Origin: Chiloscyllium plagiosum
Taxonomy: Eukaryota
Direction of reading: 5' to 3'
Assembly: GCF_004010195.1 (NCBI RefSeq)
Contig: NC_057720.1
Coordinates: 24,257,806-24,321,805 of the forward strand
Length of the DNA: 64,000 bases
Made by a program: the position numbers and the translations under genes. Under the pieces are notes generated by a model. That model was not told the origin of the DNA. It saw only the letters and a program-made list of their open reading frames with translations, and did no database searches. How positions within the stretch are numbered: the first letter of the stretch is position 1; every line of letters begins with the position of its first letter. Positions 51,401 through 64,000 of the stretch are shown here, one piece after another.

Positions 51401-53774
51401 TGATAACCTGAAGTGGTAAACTGAAGTTAGTTTATTCCAGTTACTGCATGTATTGCTAACATTGAAACTCGTGTGAAAATGAAATGCAAATAAATGAAAG
51501 GCTAAATACAGATATATGAAAAATTCAAATCATCGCATTGATGGTTTTGAATGAATGTACAAATCTACTACCATCCATAAACAGTAATAATTGGATTTGT
51601 GATGAGTTGGACAGAGAAGAAAACCCCTATCTTTTATCCAAAGGTACTGAATGAAGATGTTTTCCTGATGTATTAGTTGTCATAATCTGCTATTTAAATG
51701 TATCACTTTCCATCAGTATCTATTGGATTTTAGTTTCAATTAATGTAAATCTCTCAGTTTCCAGCAGTAAGAACTTGAAAAGACAAATGAGAAAGTTGTT
51801 TTATGGTCAAAGTGAATAAAATCACATCTGTCAGTCCTTGAATTCCTGAAACATTTGTAGAAGATGAATTGGAATTACATTCAAACTTGTATCTATCTCT
51901 TACCTACAATCATAATCCCTTCCAACATCCTGAGATTGGTTTTCAACAAGTATCCATTATGTTGCCATCCTTCTTAAAGGAAGCAAATTAGAAAATAATG
52001 TACGTAAACCTTGTCCCTTCATTTACCTTGCATAATAATACACCCATTCTTCAAAATATAGGGCTACCTTTCATACCTATCCGTGCATCCGCACATTTTA
52101 CAAATGGCTCCATCCTTGCCTGAACAATTTTGGGATAAATGTTTACACTCTCTGCTATGGGATCTCCAATTGAAGACTGAAATGAGGAAAGTTCTTTCAC
52201 CTGAATCTTGAGGGTTTGGAATTCCCTTCCTCAAAAGGCAACGGTTGCAAAATCTTTAAATATTTTGAATGCAGAGGTAGGTTGATTCGTGATTACCAAG
52301 GGGATTAAAGAATATCAGGGGTGCGCAGTATGTAGAGCTGGGATTAAAATCCGATCAGCCATGATCTTATTAAATGGCAGTGCAGGCTCAAAGGGCCTCC
52401 TCATGTTTGTTTATTCATGTGTTTTTTCCCCTAGACCATTTCTTGTTGAGGCTCTGCTACCTTTTCGCCACTAATGCCACCTTATGTGCAGTTGAAACAG
52501 ATGAGAAAGGGGAAAAATAATTTCTATACAAAGAGGTCTCTATGTAAATAAAAGTAAAATTGGACATTCATTCCAATAATTTGCCAACAATGATGGTGAA
52601 CTGCTTTGGTTCATGCACAAGGGAACCATTCAGTGCATAAACATTTCAAAGATATTGTCACTATAGCAACAGCAAAATGCAGATAAAAGTCTAAAATGTA
52701 TCAGCAGGTGCAAATAAATTGAAAATGTTTCTTTTTTTTAACTTCAAGTTGTAGCCTCTGTTACTGTTTCAAAATAATTGAGCTTTAACATTTCACATTT
52801 TGCCTCACTTGGAATAGAGTTAGAAAGTCTCTCAGTAAGATGCCAGAGTGAATTAAAGAGAAAACTTATAATAGGATAACATTTCTTCAAACAGGAGCTG
52901 ATAGGCAGTGGGATTTTTAAAATATAATTTTGATAGTTCCAGCATTCAGATCATTTTAATTATTTGCAAGTAAAAGTCTGCTACAAGTTTCACATATCAG
53001 TCAGCACTCAGTTCCATTGCTGAAAACTGTATTTTTGAAGTGCTTTGACAATTTCAGGATATCCCAAAACATTAGAGTGATAGAGATCTATTGCACAGAA
53101 ACAGACCCTTCGGTCCAACTAATCCATGCTGATTAGATATCCTAAATTAATCTAGTCCCATTTGCCAACATTTGGACCATACTCCTCTAAACCCTTCCTT
53201 TTCATGTACCCATCGAGATACCTTTTAAATGTGTAATTATACCAGCTTCCATCACTTCCTCTGGCAGTTCATTCCATGGACGCACCACCCTCTGCGTGAA
53301 AAATTTGACTTTATCTCAGCATTTACCCTGTCAAGCCACTTGTCAATTTATTGATCATTCCTCCTATATTCACATATCAAGTATTAACATACACAACAAC
53401 AGCAAGGAACCCAGCACTAAACCCCATGGTACACCACTGACTATGAGCATCCAAAACACCCTCCGACCATCACCCTCTACTTCCTGTGACTAAGCCAATT
53501 TGCCAAATTATCCTGAGCTCTTAGCTTCTTAACCAGTCTGCCATGCAATAACTTGTCAAAAGCCTTACTAAATTCCATGTAGATTACATCAACTACACTA
53601 CCCTCATCTACACATCTCTTCAGTTCCTCTAAAAATTCAATTAAATATGTGAGATATGATCTTCCCTCTTTCAAAGCCATTAATTCTTGATCAACAGTTG
53701 CCTCTCCAAATGGCAATTAGTTCTGACACTCAGAGTTTTTCCAATAGTTCCCCTACTGCAGATCTTAGACAAAA

Positions 53775-53905
53775 AGCTGAAAGAACTGTGGATGCTGGAA
53801 ATCTGAAACAAAAACAAATTGCTGGAAAAGCTCAGCAGGTCTGGCAGCATCTGTGGAGAGAAATCAGAGTTAATGTTTCGGGTCCAGTGATCCCTTTTCA
53901 GAACA
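53775..53905 (-). mobile_element. PLE-derived terminal repeat, further family with hammerhead-like core
   Basis: Minus strand gtt CTGAAAA gggatcactggaccc GAAACATT aac (degenerate core); relatives at ~14325-14425, 19855-19950, 34600-34770 and 57685-57795. Confidence 0.6.
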
Positions 53906-54989
53906 GATTTTAGACATTTCTGTGAGAATTTATTTCTTCTCAACAATTAAATAATATCTGTTGAGTGAAGTGATTTCAGTTTAGTTCTGAAGGAAGGGTT
54001 TTCCATTTTTGTTTCTGATTAAATTTGTATCCCAGGTACTGTGATTTCCTGAAAGGTACAATTTTTGATTTTCCATTTTCCATTTTCTAGTCCAGCAAAA
54101 TATTTCCATTTTCTAGTCCAGCAAAATAACCCAGAATATTAAGGATTTTCTTTCCATGGTCATCTTCTCCAGAAGAGCTAAAAGTAAGTCATAAGCTGCT
54201 GGCAAACAATGCTATTGGGGAAATAGATGATATTAAGTGGGACTTCTTTTATGTATTTCTTCTACTGCACACTCACTCCCTCACTCCCCCACCCCACTAT
54301 AGTGCTACTTCTGTGTTGAAAATCTGTATATACTGCCTCTGGCATACGCAAACATTCTATACTGATTTTGTTATACCATTCAATTCGAAGTGGTGCACTC
54401 ACTATAGAAACATCACATGAATTCACTAAACATTTTCCATGCTGGCTGCCATGCAAAGGCTTTTTTTTTAGACTCTAATTATTTCTGCACGGTAATACAA
54501 TATGCCAACTTGAGTCACTAATCGCCACAGAATCTGCTCTCTTAGAAGCACAATACATGTTTGTGTCTGAGCATTTTGTAATGCTATACAGCGAGATCTG
54601 TTGCATAGGTATTTAACTGTTTAACTGTGTTGTGCTGGCGTCGCTAATGTTCAGGCATGGTTCTTACTCAATACATAAGTTATTTATTTTGATTCAAAGA
54701 GTCATTTGTACATTATCATGCCATTTTTAAAAGATCATCTTGCAACGCTAATGCTAAAGGCCAAATGCTTAAAAATGGGATCAGAATAGTTAGGTGGCCG
54801 CTTTTGACAAGCACAGTCTCGATTGGCCAACAAGCCTTTTTTCTGGGCTCTAGATCTCCACATCTCTATGACTCATCTTAATCTAACTGTTAAGATGTGC
54901 TATCAATGACCTCCTCAGCTTCTAAGCTGGTGTTTCATCAGCCAGTTCCTGTTCTGCAATACATGCTGGCTTTGCCAGTGAGACAGTAA

Positions 54990-55320
54990 ATTAGATTAGA
55001 TTCCCTCCAGTGTGGAAACAGACTCTTCAGACCAACCAGTTCACACCGACCCTCCGAAGAGTAACCCACCCAGACCCATTTCCCTCTGACTAATACACCT
55101 AACACTATGGGCAATTTAGCATGGCCAATTCACCTGATTTGCACATCTTTGGACTGTGGGAGGAAACCGGAGCACCCGGAGAAAAGCCACGCAGACACGG
55201 GGAGAATGTGTAAACTCCACACAGTCACCCGAGGCTAGAATCGAACCTGGGACCCTGGTACTGTGAGGCAGCAGTGCTATAGCAGCAGCAGCAGCAGCAC
55301 TGAGCCACCATGCCGCCCCC
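54990..55320 (-). mobile_element. HE1-like V-SINE with internal (AGC)n expansion
   Basis: V-domain reversed; six AGC units interrupt the tRNA head near 55281-55298. Confidence 0.88.
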
Positions 55321-57353
55321 AGGTTTCCTAGAAATAATTAAAATAGAGAATTGAATTGACAGCTGCAAGATTCAGCTAAGTACCTAAATTCTTGGTGTTA
55401 GGAGTGTCATTTTGCACATTCATACTACTCTGGGCCAGGTCTCAGCAGATGCCACTTCAGAGGGGGCCTAAATGTGGGCATTTGGGAGCACATACTGGCA
55501 ATCTGCAGAATAGATAGATCATGCCCTTAGTGTGCAACATTGATTTGACTCCATCATTGATATTTCAACGCGCCAGCAAACACCCTTTGTTATATTCCTG
55601 CACCGCTGAGCACATGGTTAGCAGCTGTCAGGAACTCCCTGCTGGTGCTGTTTCAAGGAATTATTAACTACTTTCGTTTGTTGCTGATTGATTTCTACTG
55701 AGTCACTATTAAAATTGAAGCCTACTCCAGGCACTCCCTCAAATAATTTTCCCCTGATACTTGCCCTCAGTCATGGGTGGTGTAGTTAGTGCCAACACCA
55801 TCCTCCCTCCTCAAGGACTCCAATGAGAACCCCATAAGCCTTCAACATGAGGCAGAGAATGAGCAGGAGAATCATCCCTTGCAACAGAGAGCTATAGAGG
55901 CAGAGTCCTTGTGTGTATTTAAGGCTGAGACAGATTCTTGATCAGTAAGGGAATCAAGGGTTACAGGGAAAGAGCATTCCAAAGATTCAACCCTCTGAGA
56001 GAAGAAATTCCTCCTCATTTCAATCTTAACCCATTAACTCTAGACCTCCTCTATGAAGGGAAACATCCTCTCAGCATTTACCTTGTCAAGCCCCTTAAGA
56101 ATCCTTTATGTTTCAATTACATCTTGTCTGATTGTTCTAAACTTCAATGTGTAGACAATTACTCCATACTGCAGATTCTCCCCATGTCTGCAGTGGTTTC
56201 CTCCAGATAGATTGGCAATACTAACTTTCCCATAGTGCCTAGGGATGTATAGGTTAGGTGGATTTGACATGGAAGATGTAGGGATACAGGGATAGTGTTG
56301 GGGGCTTGGGTCTGTGGTGGATGCGATTCAGAAGCTTGATGTGGACTCGATGGGCTGAATGGCCTGCATCTACACTGATTCTATAATCATTCTAGTGAAC
56401 CTTTTTTGAACTGCCTTGAGTTAAATTATATCGTTTCTTAAATAAGGGGACCAAAATGGCTCACAGTACTCCAGGTGTGGTCTCACCAGCACTTTGTACA
56501 GTTACAGGAAGACTTCCTGACTATTGATCTCCAATCCCCTTGAAATAAGAACCAACATTCCACTAACCTTCCTGATTTTCTGCTGCACCTGTGTGCGAGC
56601 TTTCTGTGTTTCATGCATAAGCCCCTTTGTGTTGCAGCTTTCTACAGTTTTTCTCTATTTAAATAAGAATCTATTCTTTCGTTCTCCCTTCCAAAATGAA
56701 CAACTTCACATTTTCCACATTATACACCATTTGCCAACTTTTTGATAACATACTTAACACTATCTCTCTGTAAACTGTTTATGTCCCTCTCACAATCTGC
56801 CTTTCCACCTGTGCAACATTAATTTCCCTTTCAGCAACATTTTAACAATTTATCTTTCCTCTGCCACTGACCATCGTAGCTTCATCTTGGCAACAACATT
56901 TAGAAAAAGAACTACCAGAATTGTTTTAGACCATAAAACCTCAACTAAACAATCTCATGTATTTCTTTGGAGCCCATCTTGCAACTTACTTTGCCTCTCC
57001 TATGCTGTGCTAACCCAAATGCTGCAGAATGACTGGCAGTACCTTTGTGATTTTAATATCTTTTAGAGATTTGATTGCTGGAGTGTCTTACAGTCAGACA
57101 TTATGTGGTTTCTCCCTGGGCTGCAATGAAAGCTAGAATCATGATGATACATTATAAGGAAAACATACAGGCTGAAAACACTCAGTGTCTGCTTGGATCG
57201 ATGGAGAAGGTTTGAGATTGTGATCTTTCAGCAGAATCCTAAAATCACTCTGCCTTATGGTTGGATCCATATGGTTGCCCACCACTTCCATAGTAGAGAG
57301 CATGGTCTTGAAAGCCCTTGTAAAGTTGGTGGCACACTCCTTCACACTATTTG

Positions 57354-57602
57354 TCGCCTCAGGCGACTGACTGTGTGGAGTTCGCACGTTCTCCCCGTGT
57401 CTGCGTGGGTTTCCTCCGGGTGCTCCGGTTTCCTCCCACAGTCCAAAGATGTGCAGGTCAGGTGAATTGGCTGTGCTAAATTGCCCGTAGTGTTAGGTAA
57501 GGGGTAAATGTAGGGGTATGGGTGGGTTGCGCTTCGGCGGGGTGGTGTGGACTTGTTGGGCCGAAGGGCCTGTTTCCACACTGTAATGTAATCTAATCTA
57601 AT
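57354..57602 (+). mobile_element. HE1-like V-SINE, 5'-truncated
   Basis: V-domain and AATCT tail. Confidence 0.88.
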
Positions 57603-58254
57603 TTGGTGGCAACTGCAGCATCTTTTGGCAGGTCTGTCAAAACACTAAGCCTTTCAGCCGACATACTATTTGTCTTCATTAAAAACCAAACTGCAGATGC
57701 TGGAAATCAGAAACAAAAGCAGGAATTATGGAAAATATCAGCAGTGCTGGCAGCATCTGTGGAAAGCATTTCAGGTCCAGTGACCCTTCCTCAGATCAGT
57801 CTTTATTGTTAAGTTGATTCATTAAGTTTCCCTTGTAGGTCCACTGCAGCAAAACTTGTATGAGTCTTTGCCCTCTGTTATCTTGACATTGTTATCTTTT
57901 CCATTTTAGGTCGCTTGTGCCCAGTGATTGGCCGAATACGCGTCCTACCACTTGCATGGTTCTCTGAAGTGCCTTCAATATTACTTGCAGTCAAATCTCA
58001 GCATCTGATTGAGTGGAGGTGCTGGTGTTGGAATAAGGTGGACAAGGTCATAAGTCACATGACACAAGGTTATAGTCCAACAGGTTTATTTGAAATCGCA
58101 AGCTTTCAGAGTAGTGCTCAGAAGACATATGCTTTCAAATAAACCTGTTGTATTATAACCTGGTGCCATGTGACTTCTGGCTGAGTGAAGTGCATTATCA
58201 GTCTGTTCTTGCATTGCATTCTTTTGCACCAGTGCCTTTTCAGATTGCAGTTAG

Positions 58255-59110
58255 AATCGCAGTATCATACAGTCCAGAAGAGGCTCTTCAGCCCATTGAA
58301 TCTGAACCACTAAAAAATACTGTTAACAACATTAGTCCCACTTTTGCCCACTAGGCCCACAGCCTTGAATATTATGATACTTCAAGTACGTTTTCAACAG
58401 TTATATGGTTTCCTACCTCACCTACCCTCCCAGCAAGGCAGCCCAGACTCCACAACACTCTGGGTGAAAAGATCTTCCCGAAATCCCCTGTAAACTGCGA
58501 ATTATGGACCACTTGCAGTTGACTCTTCAACTTAGGGGATCAGCTACTTTCAATTCATCCTTTTCATGCCCTTCACAATCTTAAACAACTATATCAAGCA
58601 CCACCCCATCCCCAAACAATCTTCTCTGCTCCCAAGAATGTATCCATCTCCTCTTCGTAGCTGAAATGTTCCCTCCTCGACAAAATCCTGGTGAATCACC
58701 TCTGCACCCACTCCAGTGCACTCACATTCTTCTCATAGTGTGGTAACTGTAACTGCACAAGTACTCTGGCTGTGGCCTAATCAAAGTTCTCAACAGCTCT
58801 AACATGACCTCCCTGCTCTTATAATTTATGCCATGACTGGTAAAGGCAAGCATTCCATATGCCTTCCCAACTATCCTATTAACCTGTCTTGCCACTTCAG
58901 GGATCTGTGGACAAGCACCCCAAGATCCTTCTGTTCCTCTGAGCTTCCTAATGTCTTGCCATTCATTGAGTACTCCCTGGTCTTGTTCCTTTTTTCCAAA
59001 ATGCATCACCTCACTTTTATCAGGGATAAATTCCAGCTGTCACTGATCTGCTCATCTGACGAATCCATTTACTACCTCCTGTAATCTAATACCTTCCTTC
59101 TCACCGTCAA
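58255..59110 (-). mobile_element. Degenerate CR1 LINE 3' part
   Basis: MHFGK...KAYGMLAF...INYKSREVMLELLRTLIRP. Confidence 0.8.
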
Positions 59111-59587
59111 CCACTTCTTAGATATAATAGATATTATTATTTCATGTGATGTGGGTGACGCTGGCTTCCTTCCAGCTGGCAACCACCTGACAGGAAATCT
59201 TTTCAACACTTTAAGCGATGCAAATAGTACACATTTTTGCTTTGTCACTGTGGTGACAGAAGTTGCACACTTACGTGTCCACTATTGAAGCCCAATTTCC
59301 TGCCTGATGTCAGCTTGATTTATTGAGCAATCAAATCTCTGTCTCAGCCTTGAACATGCTCAACAATGGAGTATTCCAATAATTGACAGCTACGTTTCTC
59401 CTCATTTCAAACTGATATAGTCCTATTGATAAAAGCATGTGAAAGGAAAGTGTGTAAAACTTCCTTAACTTCTAATAAAATAGAGAAAACACCTTCTTCT
59501 AATTTTCATGCTAAAACACCATACTGTAAATCAAATGTCAATTGCAATAGTCTTTCTTCCTGTTGTCAAACTGAAGTGGCTGAGCTT

Positions 59588-59702
59588 TGCATGCACGCCT
59601 GTGTGTATGGGTGTGTATGTACATGAATGTGCATGCATATATATGTGTGCATATGTATGTACTTTAATGTGCGTATGAGCATATGTGTTCGTGTGTGTGC
59701 GT
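59588..59702. repeat. Degenerate alternating purine-pyrimidine (TG/TA/GC) microsatellite
   Basis: tgtgtgtatgggtgtgtatgtacatgaatgtgcatgcatatatatgtgtgc... Confidence 0.7.
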
Positions 59703-60837
59703 GGAAAGCAATAATGATAGGGAATTCACCAATTCGAGGAACACACAGGAGTTTTTGAGGTTGAGAGTTAACCCCGTTGCTGTGGATCTGGACTCACATC
59801 TAGATCAGACCAGGTAAGGATGCCAGTTTCCTTTCCTGAAGAACATTAGCTAATAAGATGGGTTTTTATTAAAACAACAATATACAATAGTTTCATGGTC
59901 AGAATTAGACTTATATTCCAGTTTTTATTGGATTCAACTTCCACCACCGACTGAGGCAGGATTCTAACCAGAATATTCCTTGGGTCACTGGATTACTAGT
60001 CCAGTGTTAAAATCACACTGCCATTCCCTCCTCTGAGGGGAGAATGAGCACCAGGGTGAGGTTGCAGAGGGTGTAGGATGGAGAAACGAGGTGTGCGTGC
60101 TTAGAACATCCGCAGCTCGGGAATTAGATGAAATCGACAGAGAATTGAAAGAAAAAATTGATGCAAACATTCATCTTTGATGATTTCGGCCCCATTCCTG
60201 ACAATCTCAGTCTGGTGTGAAGACAATTTTACATTTTTGCATTTACTTTTTGGACTTAAAAGATACCTCTGCACACAAAGGGGCAATGGATTAAGATGTG
60301 GTAGTTTAAACAAAAAGTTATTAAAACTCATTGTGTGTACATCTATTTTGTTGGCTTATTCAAGCAGTGGGCGAGGAGATTAGGCACATTGGCTCTGTGG
60401 GTGAGTATTCAGGTCAAATTTCTCCAGTGACAAACTTTTGATTCTTTTTCAACCAAGATCATGTGTTTGTTCAAGTGTACCAAGATTAGTAAGATTTCTT
60501 GATTTGTTCCTGGGCAAATGGGTACAACTTTGTGTTTTTGGCAATACATCAGAAATATCCAGCCTTAAGATAAAAGTATGTCTCTTTCATTCTTCCCTCT
60601 GGGAGTGAAGAAGTAAAAGAAAATCCAAAGAGCTAGCAATTCTCTTTCTCTCTCCCTGCAAATTCCTGTCTTGAAAAGTGGAAAGAAGCACCTCCACAGA
60701 TAGTGAAAAGGAGAAATCCTTGACTAGTCAATGGAAGTTAAGAATTGATGTGTCCCAAACCTCATGTCCTCCACAAAGGATCAGAAGTAACTGGGAAGGC
60801 AGAAAGGGATATGTAATTGGACTAGTGCTAGAACTGT

Positions 60838-61424
60838 ACATAGAACATAGAAGAATACAGCTTTATTGGTAGAGGAATTGAGTTCCGGAGTCCTGAGGTC
60901 ATGATGCAGTTGTATAAAACTCTGGTGCGGCCGCATCTGGAATATTGTGTGCAGTTTTGGTCGCCATACTATAGGAAGGATGTGGAGGCACTGGAACGGG
61001 TGCAGAGGAGGTTTACCAGGATGTTGCCTGGTATGGAAGGAAGATCGTATGAGGATAGACTGAGACACTTGGGGCTGTTTTCATTAGAGAAAAGAAGGTT
61101 TAGGGGTGACTTGATTGAGGTGTACAAGATGATTAGGGGGTTAGATAGGGTTGACAGTGTGAACCTTTTCCCGCGTATGGAGTCGGGTATTACAAGGGGG
61201 CATAGCTTTAAATTAAGGGGGGGTAGATATAGGACTGAAGTTAGGGGTAGGTTCTTCACTCAGCGAGTCGTAAGTTCATGGAATGCCCTGCCAGCAGCAG
61301 TGGTGGACTCTCCCTCTTTATGGGCATTTAAGCGGGCATTGGATAGGTATATGGAGGATAGTGGGTTAGTATAGGTTAGGTGGGCTTGGATCGGCGCAAC
61401 ATCGAGGGCCAAAGGGCCTGTACT
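60838..61424. mobile_element. Young CR1 3' fragment with inverted tail
   Basis: Uninterrupted ORF2 C-terminus 60901-61374 (LYKTLVRPHLEYCVQFWSP...FFTQRVVSSWN); tail found reversed at 60838-60861. Confidence 0.88.
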
Positions 61425-61889
61425 TCACTGAGTTTGTTTTTCACTCCTTCATAACCTATAATATTTGTGTTTTGTCTCTTTGATTGTCTGTTTATCTGTG
61501 CACATCTATTTAATAACCTCCCTCAACACCTATCATCAACACCTACTACATCTCTCTTCTACTACCAATTGCACCCACTTTGCTTTTAGCAGTGGGCACA
61601 ACTACCATCTGTTCCACTTGATTCTCCCCTGCAATTTTTTAACAACATAACAACAATCAATTTTCCAGGCTCTTTCAGTTCCAAAGAAGAGTCATAAGAG
61701 ACTCGGAATGTTAACTCTAATGGGGAGAAAGTTCAAAAACTGCAGCGCAGCAGGATCTGGCAGTCTTCATGCAGAAATCACAGAAAGCTAGCAGACAGGT
61801 TCAGCAGGTATTAGGGAAGACAAGTGGAATGTTGGCCTTTATTTCAAAAAGAATGGAATATAAAAATACAGAAAACTTTGTTTTAACTG

Positions 61890-62115
61890 ATTTGAGAGTG
61901 TGGTGCTGGAAAAGCACAGCAGGTCAAGCAGCATCCGAAGGGCAGGGGATTGGACATCTCGGACATAAGCCCTTCATCAGGAAAATGCCTTTTGCTTTTC
62001 CTAATGAAGGATTTATTCCCAAAATGTTGATTCTCCTGCTCCTTGGATGCTGCCTGACCGGCTGTGCTTTTCCAGCACCACACTCTCAACTCTGATCTCC
62101 AGCTCTCACTTTCTC
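61890..62115. mobile_element. Older palindromic PLE-derived mini-element
   Basis: Diverged inverted arms; 15 bp TSD actttgtttta(a/c)ctg at 61875-61889 and 62116-62130. Confidence 0.78.
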
Positions 62116-62679
62116 ACTTTGTTTTACCTGGTACCTTAATGAACCGGAACTCTTGATAAACCAGCAAAAATTATATACCTCAAACGTCATGAAGTTTACT
62201 ATTATTCTGTCCAATTATTATTGTATTTTTAAAAATTCATTTACCTCAATGCAAATATATTTGTTATTCAATTGAATAGCCACACAAAGTATCAATAGTT
62301 GATTCAATTTCAAATCAATTTCTCCTCAAATATCGACTGCAATGTCTGAGCAGTCAGTTGAGGGGACTAGTGAGAAAGCTCTGTGCTGTTAAGTTTTATT
62401 TTAAGGCAAATTTACATTATTATTTAATTGATTTATGCTGTAAATGAAGTAAAACAGTGATGTGTATCCCCCGTGCATTATGTTTCTATTACTTAGTGCA
62501 TGTTTTTATGTTTAATTATGTGGACTTCTTGATTATCCAGAATATTTGATCAATCAGCACATTCCTGGTCTCTTCGCTGCCAGATAATAAAAAGTTTACT
62601 GTAGTCCAAGTTTGCCAAAGCTACACAAGGCATTAGTTAGTTTTTAAAATTAATCAGAAAAGATTGGGATTCTGTATAC

Positions 62680-62899
62680 GCTGGAAATGTGTTGCTGGAA
62701 AAGCGCAGCAGGTCAGGCAGCATCCAGGGAACAGGAGAATCGACGTTTCGGGCACAAGCCCTTCTTCAGGATTCCTGAAGAAGGGCTTGTGCCCGAAACG
62801 TTGATTCTCCTGTTCCCTGGATGCTGCCTGACCTGCTGTGCTTTTCCAGCAACACATTTCCAGCTCTGATCTCCAGCATCTGCAGACCTCACTTTCTCC
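62680..62899. mobile_element. Palindromic PLE-derived mini-element with hammerhead cores on both strands
   Basis: 92 bp arms (62680-62771 / 62773-62864) with two mismatches; flanking repeat attctgtata(c/t)gct; minus strand gaatc CTGAAGA A GGGC ttgt GCCC GAAA CGTC gattc. Confidence 0.87.
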
Positions 62900-62983
62900 A
62901 TTCTGTATATGCTCACATCCCAAAACAGCAACACCATCGCCCCGTCCACCCTTCAAACACCTCGCTGGGGAATCGCCCTCAGA

Positions 62984-63929
62984 GTTTTAAGAGTTTGTAT
63001 CATTGCCATTCCGAGAATTTTGTGAAGTACTTTTCATTAGTAATAAATAGTTATTCCAGTTTTACATAAAACAGTGTCAGAGACACTAGTATAGCTCAGG
63101 GATAGTAAATTGAGGGACAGGAATCATCATGGATTAGGATTGTCCGCTGATCAGTCACCACCCTACCACCCCAGATGCTGCAGAAAACTAACCAAAGCTA
63201 AGGGGAAGTTTAACCCTATGACCTCGCAGCAGGTGCAAAACCAACTGGTAAGAAAAGTTACAATCCGGAGGGAAATTGAGGGTTCAGGTTTGCAAATCCA
63301 AACTCTGCAGCTCTGTGTGAGGAGTGGACGGGCAGAGCTTGAGCAGTGAGGTCCAGGATAGGATTGCTCCCAGAGAGGAGACACACCGAGGGAGTCCAAT
63401 TGGCAGGGAACCACAGGGGACACTGCATGAGGCAAAGGGCAGATAATGGTGACTGGAGCAGTAAAGGTCGAACTGGAAGACCATTTTCAGTGAGGAACTT
63501 ATTGTGAGTGTCCGATTAGTACGGTACCTCAAGGAGACTTCCCGGAAGAAGGAACCAACACAACTCTGTAACTCTATCAAAGGTTTCAGCTCTTTCCTCA
63601 CCAAATAGTGATAGAGCTGCTCAGAGGGGTATAGCACATTCGGGGGTCAGAACTACTAGTCTCAAAATCAAATACTTCAAGTCCACCATGTGGCCTACAA
63701 CTTTTCTTTCTTTGCATCTTTAACCTAATATCTAACCTCCACAACTAGCCTTCTGTCTTGTCTGTCAGGTTTAAGTGTCGGCTAGGGGAAAAGGGGGAGT
63801 TTGAGCTATAAGTCCAGGTATTAAGGTAGTGGTTTTAAGAGTTTGTATCATTACCATTCCGAGAATTTTGTAAAGTACTTTTCATTAGTGATAAACAGTT
63901 ATTCCAGTTTTACATAAAAGTGTCGGAGA
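62984..63929. repeat. ~100 bp direct repeats (62984-63083, 63832-63929) around an unidentified ~750 bp segment
   Basis: gttttaagagtttgtatcatt...ccattccgagaattttgt...ttattccagttttacataaaa present twice with few differences. Confidence 0.85.
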
Positions 63930-64000
63930 TAGGACATAGAACAATACAGCACAGTACAGGCTCTTCGGCCCTCGTTGTTGTGCCAACCTTTTATCCTACT

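Noticed and set aside
54077..54128. 26 bp tandem duplication
   Set aside because: Ordinary two-copy slippage with no further structure
60901..61374. 157 aa ORF as a domesticated gene
   Set aside because: C-terminus of CR1 ORF2 in a young truncated copy
41000..64000. Exons of a neighbouring gene downstream of AGL
   Set aside because: No recognisable non-transposon coding exon on either strand

Overview
Eukaryotic, AT-rich, repeat-dense vertebrate genomic DNA, almost certainly a cartilaginous fish (shark-type HE1 V-SINEs, CR1 LINEs, Deu-domain SINE remnants). It holds the 3' half of the glycogen debranching enzyme gene AGL on the + strand: 17 coding exons (1804-39360) with GT-AG junctions and consistent phases, then a ~1.5 kb 3' UTR. 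No other gene was found. Introns and the downstream 23 kb are transposon-derived: CR1 LINEs (one with esterase ORF1, endonuclease and RT), SINEs, two Penelope-like (PLE) insertions, a decayed PIF/Harbinger transposon interrupted by a solo LTR, and MITEs. The most interesting signal is a set of PLE-related insertions from at least four families, 160 bp to 2.4 kb, that carry minimal type I hammerhead ribozyme motifs. The best-preserved share one architecture: 11-15 bp target duplication, inverted copy of the 3' end, and an unpaired 34-38 nt tail. The smallest are near-perfect ~200 bp palindromes with ribozyme cores back to back, and two intact cores lie on the AGL sense strand. Also notable are a diverged partial duplicate of an AGL exon, a probable twin-priming CR1 inversion, and inverted SINE pairs flanking exons. 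All calls are by eye; no searches were run.
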